A stretch of DNA of 64,000 nucleotides, from positions 1,488,968 to 1,552,967 of the forward strand of contig CAJFCJ010000009.1 of the NCBI GenBank assembly GCA_904063045.1, in the 5' to 3' direction. Below the pieces are notes generated by a model. That model saw only the letters and a list, made by a program, of their open reading frames with translations. It did no database searches and was not told the DNA's origin. The stretch is from Dimorphilus gyrociliatus. Taxonomy: Eukaryota; Animalia; Annelida. A program made the translations under genes and the position numbers. This document shows, in pieces, positions 1-12,149 of this stretch; position 1 is the first letter of the stretch, and each line of letters opens with the position of its first letter.

Positions 1-1266
1 AAAGGTGGTGGCTGATGTATCTTCCTTGGCTTTTTTCTCGACAATATCCTTTTTTTCACTTTCTTCTACTTTCTGAGCTTCCCTTTGTTCTGATTCGCCC
101 ACCATTGCGTCTATCGAACCTTCATTATTAGCTTCCGTCACCTCTTCGACGCTTGTTGCATTTTGTGGAATTTTATCTTCAACCAAAGGTAAAACATGAA
201 GAGTAATTGACAGAGTCGTTTTGCTTTTATCAAATTTGGCTGATCCTTCATTCTCATCAACAGGATAGGGTAATTGAACTTCTAGCTTATATTTAGCGGG
301 AGATTCTGATTGTAAAAGTAATTTTCTTTCGAAAATATTCAAATCAACAGGCTTAGAAGATTTTAAAAGTGGCAAATGTATATTAACGATTAACTTGTCT
401 GGACGATTTTGAATCGATACCGGGGAATTTGTATATTTTTGTAAATCCATGTTGCTGCTATGCTTAATAGTATATTTTGGTTTTGTATATTCAGAATCGT
501 CAGCTTCTTGAGTTCTGACTTGTTCTTTCTTTGAATCTTTGTTGGTTTTCAAGTTTTTTTCTTGTTCTTGCGCCAATTCGGCACTCGACTTTTCTCCGTA
601 TGGATATGGAAAATGTGGAATACCATCAGTGCTTTTCGGTCCGTTCTTCGAAGCTTCAAAATCGTCTTTCTTTTTCCTTATAACTGTGGCTGTAGGAGTA
701 CCCTTATACTTGATATTATTTAATTCTTTAATGTTTTTCAAGTCTATAACAGCACCAAGTTTTTCTTTAATACCTTCAAAAGCAGTTTGTTTAACAATTT
801 CTTTAAATTTAACGTTAGTTTCAGCCATTCTTATACTATCAGGATGATAAACAACATCAAATATTGTGCATAATTTACCGTCCTTGTCGGAATTATCTCT
901 TACAGGGGACAGACTATATGGGATTGACCATGAAACTCCCCCTACTTCTCTTGTTGGCTTTGGTCTTTCGATGTTTTCATTACTACATATGTTTATATAA
1001 GCAGTCTTCTTGCCATTAACGGTTGTCTTCATTACAAAGCTTTCTTTTGGATGTACAAATTGAACATCCATACCTCGCTCTTTTTCCATTTGGGCTATTT
1101 CTTCTTCATACTTTTTCCTATTTTCAGGGTCGGCAATTTCACTAGCATACTCAACAAACATCTTTCGAAACTCTTCGTTTTTAAAAGCATTTGTAAACCT
1201 GTCAACCTCATCCTTCGTTAAATCTAGTTTCTCAAACGTTTCTTTCAAGTGCTCTGTAGCCGCCAT
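1..1266 (-). CDS. DNAAF2: Dynein axonemal assembly factor 2 (kintoun/PF13), 5' part; runs off the left edge
   Basis: Hand translation from ATG at 1266: MAATEHLKETFEKLDLTKDEVDRFTNAFKNEEFRKMFVEYASEIADPENRKKYEEEIAQMEKERGMDVQFVHP..YINIC..WSIPYSL..FDVVYHP (PIH1 domain), then a CS-like segment LPYPVDENEGSAKFDKSKTTLSITLHV. Open for 422 codons with no stop before base 1, which explains its absence from the ORF track. Confidence 0.93.
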   Translation of the reverse strand, partial: MAATEHLKETFEKLDLTKDEVDRFTNAFKNEEFRKMFVEYASEIADPENRKKYEEEIAQMEKERGMDVQFVHPKESFVMKTTVNGKKTAYINICSNENIERPKPTREVGGVSWSIPYSLSPVRDNSDKDGKLCTIFDVVYHPDSIRMAETNVKFKEIVKQTAFEGIKEKLGAVIDLKNIKELNNIKYKGTPTATVIRKKKDDFEASKNGPKSTDGIPHFPYPYGEKSSAELAQEQEKNLKTNKDSKKEQVRTQEADDSEYTKPKYTIKHSSNMDLQKYTNSPVSIQNRPDKLIVNIHLPLLKSSKPVDLNIFERKLLLQSESPAKYKLEVQLPYPVDENEGSAKFDKSKTTLSITLHVLPLVEDKIPQNATSVEEVTEANNEGSIDAMVGESEQREAQKVEESEKKDIVEKKAKEDTSATTF

Positions 1267-1394
1267 TTTGTGACGTCTGCTAGAAAGGAATTTCTCGAAA
1301 GATCGCCGTAGTAATGGTAAACAAAAAATCGAATCAGTTGAAATATTTGGATTAAACACACCCAAAAGATTTATACGATATATTATATCAAAAT
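1267..1394. promoter_or_regulatory. Shared bidirectional promoter of DNAAF2 and TMEM138
   Basis: Only 128 bp between divergent ATGs; TGACGTC at 1271-1277 and forkhead-type GTAAACAAA at 1317-1325. Confidence 0.55.
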
Positions 1395-1950
1395 ATGAAT
1401 GTCGCACGTTACAGACCAGTTTTATATATGCAATATCTCCTTCTTTTTGTTGATATTTTTATGAATACTTTCTCAAGTTTATTAAGATTCCAAAATGTTG
1501 TACTATTAGTTCTATATGTGTAAGTTTTTTTAATTATATATTAAAATAATTGATTAATTATGAATTAATGCCTATTTTTCATTCCTAAATAGAGTTCAAG
1601 ACATCGGTATTATATTTCAAGTGATTATTATTTTTCTACTCTTCTTCAATACATTCATCTTCCAGGCCGGTTTGGTGAATATTCTTATTAGCAAATTTAA
1701 AATGCCTATTCTGGCAAGTGTAACTTATCTGGCCCTATGCATTGCGTTACACGTTTGGGGTTTAACTCAACGATGGGATGATCCAAAGAAAGTACTAGAT
1801 GGGGCTGGTTTTCAAGTACTATTTGTTTTCCAAAGAACTGGTGCTGTGATATACTACTTTTTTTACAAAAGAACCGCCCTAAGATTGGCAGATCCTAGAT
1901 TTTACGAAGATTCTGAATGGATTGGTAGAGAATTTGAAAAAAGACAATGA
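1395..1950 (+). CDS. TMEM138: Transmembrane protein 138 (ciliary), 2 exons: 1395-1519, 1593-1950
   Basis: MNVARYRPVLYMQYLLLFVDIFMNTFS..VQDIGIIFQVIIIFLLFFNTFIFQAGLV..LFVFQR..YFFYKRTALRLADPRFYEDSEW matches the TMEM138 family; GT-AG intron 1520-1592 keeps frame. Confidence 0.93.
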
Positions 1951-2058
1951 AACTAGAGCTTTTTAGAGCAAGATATATTGTATAGATTGTTGTATAAAGA
2001 AATATTTAAAATGACTGAAATTTTAAAAATAAAAAGAAAAATAAAATTGATCTTTGAC

Positions 2059-5000
2059 TTATGTCCATGTGTTTGTCGGTATAAAGGCTTCTTTCTTTGT
2101 TAGGCTTGGTGCCAAAACTTCATCTTTTAAAAAGAAATAGGGTAATAAAACCAAATGACCGTGTATTTTCTTTATCAATTCTTCACTTTCTTCCGGATCT
2201 TTTAAGAACAGTTGTTCTTCACTTTGCATAGCTTTCATGTTCGAAAAACTGGTTGCCTTATTGGATGGAATACAATTAAATATTTTCTCAAAAATATTAG
2301 AATTCACTGAGGCTCTCTTAAGCCAGAAACATTTATAAAATTCCTCCGAAACTGGATCAATTAAAAGTGAATAGTTGTTCTCTCCTAGATGCTCTTTAAA
2401 TAAGGCTAGACGTAATCTCCCACAATAGTTACCGGATCTATATGGTTGGCCATTCATTTTTGAATCGAAGAAATTTATATCCCTAATCATAACCGCTAAT
2501 TCCGAATCACGTTTACCTAACATACTTCTATCATTAATATTTGCGGAACCAATTATGGCAGCTTTATCGTCCACTATCATCAATTTACTATGAACGTATA
2601 TTAATTCAGTAACCTAAAAATAGCAACAAAAACAAACCAAATATTATGTAACAAATAACAAAAAAATTATAATTATAGGCCTATTTACCAATTTATCATC
2701 CAACTTTCCATGTGTTCTAAGACCAAAGAACGAAATATATTCCGAGGGATCTGCACCTGTAAATGATAATTATATGAGTTCTAATAGCACGTTTAATTAA
2801 ATTATGCTAATGTATAATCTTGCAAGAATATAAAGATAGAATTCTTGGTAAAGATGAAATATTATCGCTGCCTTAGTTAATATTTTACAAGGGCAATTTA
2901 TGCTTATCAATGCATTCTACTTGTTTTAATCACTTTCTTTTTTATCTTATTTAATGAATAAAGTAATCTTTTGTTAAACAAATTAACCTATTTTGCTAAG
3001 TAAATTCTATCATTCTATAATTTATTACTTTATCACCAACCTAGTTGCATTATACGTTGAATAATACTGTTGGAACTTTCTGAATTTGAACCCCTACAGA
3101 TAGATTTATAATTCCAATCTGTAACGGCTTGAATAGATGTTCCTGTTGAGGTTCCAAATTCACCTTCGAATCCGGGTAGAAGAGGCATAATTACGTATAC
3201 TCTAAATGTCTCTTTCTTTCTATATTTGATACAAACGAAATAAGATTGGTTAGATAAAACAAGAAAACTTCCAACATACTCGTGAGCTTGTCTTATTCTT
3301 TGAAAGAGGGCATCAGCAATTCTATTATTAACATCCATATCATCAGCAATCGATACAAAGAACTGATTCTATAAAGAATAAAAAAGCCAATTATTTGGGG
3401 AATATTTGATTTATAAAGATAAGAGAAGTGACTTTACCTCAATGTAAATGAAATGCTCTGCTTCTCTAATCAATTTTATATAAGCATTGTGAATAGAGCA
3501 TTCGACAGCGCTTATTCCAACAGACCACTCTGAAGCGCTTCTTAGTACTTGGACATCGACTATATTTGCTCCTTTAACAAGGTGCTTTGGGACAGATAGT
3601 TTAGTATAGCTTTTAGGTAGTATCAACTGATAATTAGGATTGGTTTTTCTTTTTTGAATTTTTGTAAAATTCCATCTTTGGATGAAGTGTCTACCTACAT
3701 CTCTAGCCGCCCTCCCATAGACACTGCAACCAATATCATGCCAGGGCATTCTAGGTGTCTTACGTCTGTCTATAAAATCGTTGAAGGGTTTATTTAAATC
3801 AATGAAGTCTTTAAATATAAAATTCGTATAGTCTTTTCCTATCCATAACCTAGATCCGTCATCGCTATCTTCGTCCAAATCGTCATCATTTATAAATATA
3901 CTTTGCCCAAAATCAACCTTGGCCCCGCTTAAATCTATAGAGCTTAGGCGTCGTTTATGAAATCTATCTTTCCAATCTAAAGCCGCCTGGACAAATTTTC
4001 GATGTAATTTTGGGGTTTCAGGCTTTTCGACTGGTTCTTGGGAATCGGAATCAACAAATGCCGTATGCTTTGCGGCAACTCTTAATTTTGGCGCCTTTCT
4101 TCTGGCAGCAATGTCTGGAGTGAATTTTACTGTAGGAGAATTATTATTATCACCTTCGTCTTCAATTCGTTTTTGTCTGGAGAATTTTTGCCTCCTCGCT
4201 ATAGAATCTGTTGAAGTTTGGTTCTCCAATTTTCTTTCGGATTCTGGAGTGAGAGCAGCTAAATTGGCTATCACAGTAGATTCGTTGACTGTTTCCAATT
4301 TTTGAGAAACTGGACTTAATTTTGCATTTTCTCTCGGGGACGGAGCAGAGAGAGATCTTTTATACTCGGTATGAGTTGTTCGATGGCCTTCTTCGGACTT
4401 CCATTGACCTAAAGGGCGATGCTCTTCCTCTTTTTCCGCAGCTTCCTCTTCTTTATTTTCTTTATCCGCTTTTTGTATTTCATCCGGTTCGTAGCTTCCA
4501 AGATCGGTTAATCGATGACTAGAAGTATCCCAACGGCCATAGCAAATATCAATACCACCTAAAAAGGCTATTCTCTGATCAACAACGACACATTTCTCAT
4601 GATGAGACCACAAAGTTATTCCGTCAGGATGGCGTAATACTTTAATATTTTCCGGATGGAGTTTAAGTAGCGTTTCTTTAGTATAATAACTATTTATACC
4701 CAAAGCTTGTTTAACCTCTTTAAATAACTGTACGAATATTTTAATTCCACATTCCTGAAATATTTTTTTTTATGAAAAAAAATAATTATCAAATAAATTT
4801 AAAGCTAAAAAAGCAAAAAATATCTAATATTTTTTGCTTAGACAAGTAAATTTATTATATTTGAATAACAGATATAAGTATATGCAAGTGTATATATAAA
4901 TTAAAGATTTTTATATCTATAATATTGATTATTTCAACTAAAAAATGGTTTTTTTTCTTTCACAATTAGATTAAAATAGAGGCAATTGAATAAGATAAAA

Positions 5001-7154
5001 ATAATACAACAAAAAAGAACAAGAGACAACAACGGCGATGACAACAACGATGAAGACAACGACACTTCATCTTAACTGAAGTACTTACAATAAATTCCCC
5101 TTTTTTTGCTGCTACTACGAAAATGTTTTAATTAAAGCAAAAAGAAAGAAAATATGATGATAAAAATGATAAAAGCGACTGACAGAGGGAAGAAAATATA
5201 TAATAATTGATATGTATCATATATATATATAAAGTATACATACATAAATATATATAGGGTAAAGAGTAATATATAGTATAATAATAATATAAACCAAATG
5301 CATTAAAAACTATAATGTAATTAAAATAAATCAAACTTACAGCTTTTCGCTTCAGTAAAACGTCTAATCGCCATTTATGATCCTGTGTGATAGGTCTTTT
5401 CAAGTATACTTCAGGGCTTAACCTTAGGGGGTTATAAATTTACTTAAATTTAGATAATCGATTGTTCAAAGATTATATTAGAATTAATGTCTTACCACCA
5501 ATCGGCTATAAAAATTTCTTCCTCTGCAGATTCCATTGCGTCGGCTAAAGCTGACATGTAATCTCCACCATCCGCAAACCATTTTGCGGGTGACGATTTT
5601 CTTAATGGAGCAAATGAGTCTAATTCATTTTTAGCAATAAATTCCTTTCCTGTACTTTCCGAAGCTTGTTTTATAGATTCATAAAAATCATCTGCATTTT
5701 TATCAGTCGAACATTTCAAGTATAAATGCCTTCGTTTAGAAAAGATTCCATTAAGAATAAAAGCAGCAATTAGAATAATTAATTAAATACCTAGTCATAT
5801 TTGATATATGTAAACCTCTTTCTTCGGATTTCCCTTTTCTAACTTCGAAATCCTTATCCATAAATAGAACATCAGAAATTACGAAATCTCCTGGTCTAAT
5901 ATAAGCTACAAAGGTATCTTTCACGAGAAGCCTTCGATAAAAATTGGTTATAGAAAATAAATAAATCTCGTTACTGGACAAGCACGATAATTAATTACCA
6001 TCTGTCGTGCCATCGAGGGCAGCACAAACATGAGCCACAATCACAACAAGACAAAGAAATGAGTCTACCGCCGGAACGTTTTTCAATCATTCCCTCTTGT
6101 AATTTATCTCCAATACCTTTAACGAATGACAGATGGCAAACTTCGAGAAATTCCAGCTATAATATGCATTTTTTTTTTGTTATAGAAAGTATTATAAAAA
6201 TAAGCCTGCAATCGAAAGATACACAGGTGCTTACCACTTCTACATGTTGCCTGTAGATAGGAATTTGGAGAACAGCTGATAGATACTCTTCCAGTTTTTT
6301 CTACAAATAGTTAAAGATTTTGAATATTACACCTTATTAGTAATAAAATACTATACAATATTGAACAGTTTAACAAAGAACACCTATACAACTTACCTTT
6401 CTAGCTTCAACTTTGTTTGATGGAACCAAACGATCGTGTATAATAGGAAACTTCGGAACAGTTTTCTTACCAATTTCAACACTTTGTCTTCTTTCTCTAT
6501 TTCTATTTATGTTCTCCTTTTATTATTTTTGAAAATTTTATCTTTAATATATCAAACTTACGCGATTGTTGGAACAACACTCGACACTTGAGCTTTTATT
6601 CGTAGGAGTGAAAGAGCATCGTGTACTTGTCGAAAGTGTTTATATCTCCGTCTTATCTTCCAAGTATAGTTACCGTGTTGTAATTGTATGGTATATCTGT
6701 ATTCAAGTTAATTATCTTTAGTACAATTTGTTATATATATGTTTTTTATTATCTACAGGTTTATTATTAAACTTTCAATAGCTTGCTAATCGACTTAAAA
6801 ACTCCATATGTTTATTTTTTGTACTTACAAGTATGGATTAAGCTGGAAATCACGAGTTTGTTCTATATGAATAATATCAACTATTATTTTTTGTCTAGGT
6901 ATGAAGCACAGTTTGCCATAAGTTTCCTTCGATGATGGCTTTGCATGAACTCGATTCCATTCAATCTCAGGTTTGCCTATATGTTATTAAGCAATATTTA
7001 TTAAAAAAGTTGATATAAAGCTAATATGCATTAAGCGATTACCGGGCAAGCAATCAATTTCGTCGTTAAGATCACCAATGGGAAGGCTATCTAGTTCGTC
7101 ATCTAAATCTAAATCAACGCTCTCCATCCTCTCGATATTCCCTTCAACGTCCAT
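2059..7154 (-). CDS. PLD1: Phospholipase D1/2-type (PX, PH, two HKD motifs, long loop insert), multi-exon
   Basis: HKD1 WSHHEKCVVVDQRIAFLGGIDICYGRWD; HKD2 ELIYVHSKxMIVDDKAAIIGSANINDRSMLGKRDSE; RMPWHDI; WFADGGDY; PX segment WKIRRRYKHF. Start ATG at 7154 is approximate. Confidence 0.93.
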
Positions 7155-7259
7155 TTTTTTGGCTTTATGAAAAAGCACAAATAATCAATAAAATACATCA
7201 ACTGTTCAAAGTTCCGGCCTATTGCCTCTGCAATACGCAGCTAACTTTCTAATCACACT

Positions 7260-7271
7260 AGCGCATGCGCT
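7260..7271. promoter_or_regulatory. NRF1-type palindrome upstream of PLD
   Basis: Perfect 12-bp palindrome AGCGCATGCGCT about 105 bp upstream of the PLD ATG, near an ETS-like TTCCGG (7212-7217), in otherwise AT-rich DNA. Confidence 0.4.
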
Positions 7272-7378
7272 CAGAACAATGTGAAGGTCAATATCAAATG
7301 AAGCACGAATATAGTTGTATTTAAAGTTAATAACATATTGCGCCTCATGGCGTTTGGTCATAAAAAAAACTGCATCAA

Positions 7379-7400
7379 AATAATAATAATAATAATAATA
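7379..7400. repeat. (AAT)7 microsatellite
   Basis: Directly visible trinucleotide run just 3' of the ZPR1 stop. Confidence 0.85.
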
Positions 7401-7432
7401 GCAATAGACACTAATAAATATATTGACAATGT

Positions 7433-9404
7433 CTACGAGGCCGGAGACATTTTAAGACCGTCTATGCCCAAAAATACGTCTTGCTCGTGAGTTCGTTCGT
7501 AAACTTCTATTTTCATTTCGGGATCAACTTCAGGAGCATAAACGTTCTTTAAAATTGAGAAATTTATTATTAAATTGCATTAGTATTGAATGAAAGAAAA
7601 TTTCGCTTTGTTTGAAGTAATTACCTGTAAGTAACTATTACCCGCAGGGTCGTCTAACTCGATATGAACGTTATTTAATTCTCCATCAGCAATCTATAAA
7701 TTAAGTTAAAAATAATAAGTTTTCTTTAAAAATAGATACAAAAAATTTGTCACCTACATTTTTCAATTTTGTACAAAATTCTTTTAGCTTTGTATTCATA
7801 TTGTCTTCAACGCTATCACCAATGAGGAATGGATTGGAAGTTGAAAGCTAATAAGATTTCGAGATTAGCGAATGACTAATTACATAAATAGATAAATTTT
7901 TTGGATAACTACCTGAGTTATTATGTCTAATAGCAATCCTTCGATTGTAGTGAATTTACCACCAAGTGTACCAGCAACCAGCTCAAATTCTAATTCAGGA
8001 ATCTTCAAACTACACGTATTAGACTGAAATTACATTAAAATCATCAGACCTGGCTTTTCTATTTAGTAATTAGATAAGAGTCAATTACTTTTAGAATGTC
8101 TCTAGACATGTCACTGGGATCGGTTATTTTCAAGGTAATCTTCTTGCCCTTGTCTTCAATTCCCTTACCACTCTTAACTTCGCTATCCTTATAGCCGCAC
8201 ATATCACAGGATATCGCCATTATAATTACTTCTTTGAACATGGGAATATCTAACATTTTCATTTTGCTTTCAGCAGGGGAACCACACCTGGAACAATTTG
8301 TTTGAAAGTGAAGAACTTCATCCTTTAAATTTTCATCAGTCTCAGGCTCTTTTTCTTCCTATGAGTAATACAAATTCAATGGAAAACTTCAAAAAAATCA
8401 TGCAAAACATACGCTACTAAATCCCAGTAGTTCGTTATCGCGTGCACTTCTGCTGTAATGTATTATTTTTAGATTTTTGTCGACTTGAGGAGCATAAGGG
8501 TTCTCTATAAAACTATTCCCAGAAGGATCATTTAACACAAAAGTAAATGGTTTTTCTACTTCTGTTAGTTTCTCTAATTTTTCAATAAATTCACTAATTT
8601 TTTCAGCTATTTCTGGTGTTTCCAACTGAAATAAAATTAAAATTTACAAAAAGTTAATCGGGTTAACCAAAAACGATAAAAACAATACCTTTCTTTCATC
8701 TTGAAGGATTTCTAAATTTGAGATAATAGCATTCATAAAACCTTCAAGAGTATTTATTTCTACAAAAATGCAGTAAGTAATTCTTAATTTAATAAGTTTT
8801 TTTTTTGGAGAGAATTAAATGAATAATGAATCAAGTATTAAAGTATTTTTTATCATTAAAGACTTTTAGCTATCTTTTTACACTTACCTCCTCTCTTCTT
8901 TCCTACAACATCCTCAAATTCTAAGTCAGGTATGGCGAAGGATCCGTATTCTGATTTAATTACTTGCCTATTCAGATCCTTTTTTCAATTATATATAGTG
9001 AATAATGATAGGTTACGTAAATAGAAACTCTATTAATAAAATACTAATCATTACCTCTTTTTCTTTAACAGTAAGCTCAAATTTAACACCTTTCTCTCCA
9101 ACTATACCGGCTGACTGCACTTCTCTATTTGCGTTACCACAGTGTGGGCAATCGAAGGAAGAGATAACAATTTCTCTGAAGTGTGGTATTTTAGTCAACA
9201 TCAGCCGTGTTATTCCCTGGAGATTTTTTGATAAATTATTTTAGGGTTGATTCAGTAAACTATCATATATATTACATTGTTCTCGCAATTCACACATAAG
9301 CTTTCTATTTCAGTTACTTCTGGCTCATCGTCTTCGACCACCAATTCGCGAAATAAAGGTTTTGGCGGTTCATTGATATTCTTACTTTCAGAATTTTCTG
9401 TCAT
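7433..9404 (-). CDS. ZPR1: Zinc finger protein ZPR1, multi-exon
   Basis: Two ZPR1 repeats: [40 protein letters not shown] and [27 protein letters not shown]; [16 protein letters not shown]; last exon [26 protein letters not shown] (stop 7433-7435). Confidence 0.95.
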
Positions 9405-9637
9405 CTTGGCAATATTGCTTTCAGCTGTTATAATATACGAGTAGTGTTATAAAATATATTTATTATATTTTATATTCTTGCAATATAGTGATTTAATATG
9501 CCCAACCGTCTAAAAAGATTGCACAACGTGGTCCAAGTTCTCGATAAATTTAGGGTCAAGGTCTGAGAAAACTGGTATTTTTGAGTGTTTTACTTAGAAC
9601 AAGTTTTTACCGTAATTTTGAAAAACAGTTTAAAAAA

Positions 9638-12147
9638 ATGAGCAATTTTGTATATTTCAATCCATCAACTTCGGAGAAAGATTATGTTCTTGTTAGTTAA
9701 TAGTTTTGTTGTGTAGGATTGAACATAACTTTATATTTTGTATTAATTTCAGAGTGAAATAATAAAGCTCATACTTCAATCGGATGAGTTACCACCTTCA
9801 AATGAATGCCTTCAATGGTATACACAGTCAAAAGATAATGAAAACGGTAAATAATTCAACTGTTTTTTTTTCTAAATATCAATATTAAAGCCTATTTCCT
9901 GACTCAGAATCAGATCGAATTCTAGGACAAGAAACGAAATATTTTACTTCATCATCTTATGACAAACTGACGAATAAAATTATTGATAACTTACTAAATC
10001 ATAATTTTGACGACGTATTAAGTAATTTACTAAAACAAATAACGTTACCAACTAATTCACAATATGCCAGACACGGATTTTCATTCTTTCGAGTAAGTTA
10101 TTTTTTCTCTAACATTCTCTCAACCTCCCACGCATCTATTCCAAAATTTTCCCTTTAATCAATTAAACTTATGTTCTCGTTTTAACGATCATTCTTTTTA
10201 TTTACAAATAAATAGTTAGCTTTGGAATGTTTTAGACGAAAAGGTGAGGAAAGCCTATCTGATATGTCAGAGCTAATTAAGTATGATAAACGATTAATTC
10301 TAAATTGTCCATTCTAATTATCATATCTCACGACAGATTATTAGTTCGCTGGACTATCGTGTCTAGAGAACACGTTATTATTGAATATGCTAGAATGTTA
10401 GAACAGTATGGAGAATATGAACAAGCACAAGCATCCTTTGTAACGAATAATATTCTTTAAAAATATTAAATTTACATTAAATACAATCATAAACACATAG
10501 ATAAAAACTAAAAAATCGGGTTTAAAGAAGGCGTCACAATGGGAGAAAGAATTAGAAACACTGTACTTAGGTCAAAAAGCCGTATCGGAATATTTGCTTG
10601 CAATAAACAGATACTCTAGTAAAGTTGTTATGGAAAATTCTACCGAAGATTTCGAACGTAAATATTGACTTTTTAGCCGGGCAGGGGGTTTTTTAATTTT
10701 ATATGTGTATTTATATATAATTTACCTTTTTCTATATTTTCGTTTACACACTTCAGCTCCAAATAAAAAGCGACGAAAAAATGATACAAACAAGATTGTA
10801 CAATCAACAATATTATCTAAAGTTTTACCCTATTTTGTAAGAATATTGGATATGCCAAGTGCGAATTATGACTTTTATACCAAACTGAGCGTAGAGGTTT
10901 GTGATAATTGTTTTTTTTTCCAATCCCTTACGCTTTCTTTCATGCCTCCCCCTCCTCCTACACACATAGACGTACAGTAAATACAGTCTATGTTCTCTCT
11001 TTTCCTTTTATTATTATCCAAACGATGTCTATTTAGACGGAATATCTACTTTATTTATTCATAAAATAATGACATCTAATGAAATAAAAAACAGAAGTTG
11101 ATTGGGGTGAAACTCTGTCGATGGCTTTATTCTCTTAGTTTTTTGTTGTTTTATTTTCTGTTTCAAAAAAAAATTTGACTAATGAGCACGTTTTCTTTTT
11201 TCTTTTCCATCTTATTAGATTAAATGTAATAATGGACAGTTGGAAGATGCTATAAAGTTACTAAAAGCCTACTCACTAAAAAATCCAAGAAATCCAACTC
11301 CGTTTCGCGAATTATACTCATTATATCTGAAAGACTTGGGAGATGTAAAACCGGCTATAGAATATTTAGAGAAGTTTTGTCAGCTTTGCCCTAGCGATGA
11401 TCTTTGCATAGAATTATGTGAAATGCAGATGAGACGTAAGTTAAAGCTTGATGGAAATGTCTAAGATATTTTTTTTAAATATACAAACTATATTTCTATA
11501 TATACATTATATATGTATTTTTTTAGAGTACAATCTTGTTTTTTATTAGTTTGTAAAAATTTTCCAGACGAGTACAGTTCTCTCATTTGCATCAACGTAC
11601 TTATGAAATATTTGGAGTATCCTTGTAACACCGATAAAAGAAAAGCTTGGAAATTTCTTGCAGCGTTACTTTTGGATATAATGGACAAGTTCGTTAACCT
11701 AATCTAGTTTAATTATTGTAAATTGTACATGATTTTTTTTTTTTCATATTTTCCATATTCGTTCTACTTATCTTCTTCGTGTTCTTCTTTTGCTCTTTTA
11801 GAGACAGCGACAGTGAACTATCCGATTTGAAAGTTCTTTGTAAACAAAGGAAATTCTTTAAGAAAATGCATTTTAAAGAATGCTGTTGCATAAATCATTC
11901 AAAATTATGTTTTTATAAAGCTATCGTCGCCCTATTTATTTATAGAAAAAGTAAGTTTTACAAAAAATTTCCCATAACGCCCACTCTTTTTCTCTCTTTT
12001 TATTTATCGTTTGTTGGATTAGTTGGGTGACGTCATTGCTTTTTTTTCCTTCATTTTTTTACAGGAAATCCGTATTCGATTGAGATATTGTGTAGCGATG
12101 CCGTAAAGGAGAAGAGCATGGTTGAAAGAGCCTTGCAACATTTTTGA
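9638..12147 (+). CDS. TAF1A: TATA-binding-protein associated factor, RNA Pol I subunit A (TAF1A/TAFI48)-like, multi-exon
   Basis: Spliced translation gives LLKAYSLKNPRNPTPFRELY, YLEYPCNTDKRKAWKFLA and CFYKAIVALFIY, colinear with remembered TAF1A motifs ([51 protein letters not shown]). Divergent; the family call is from memory. Confidence 0.65.
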
Positions 12148-12149
12148 AA

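Noticed and set aside
5024-5065. gacaacaacg-type short repeats in the PLD intron
   Set aside because: A degenerate trinucleotide slippage tract with no further structure.
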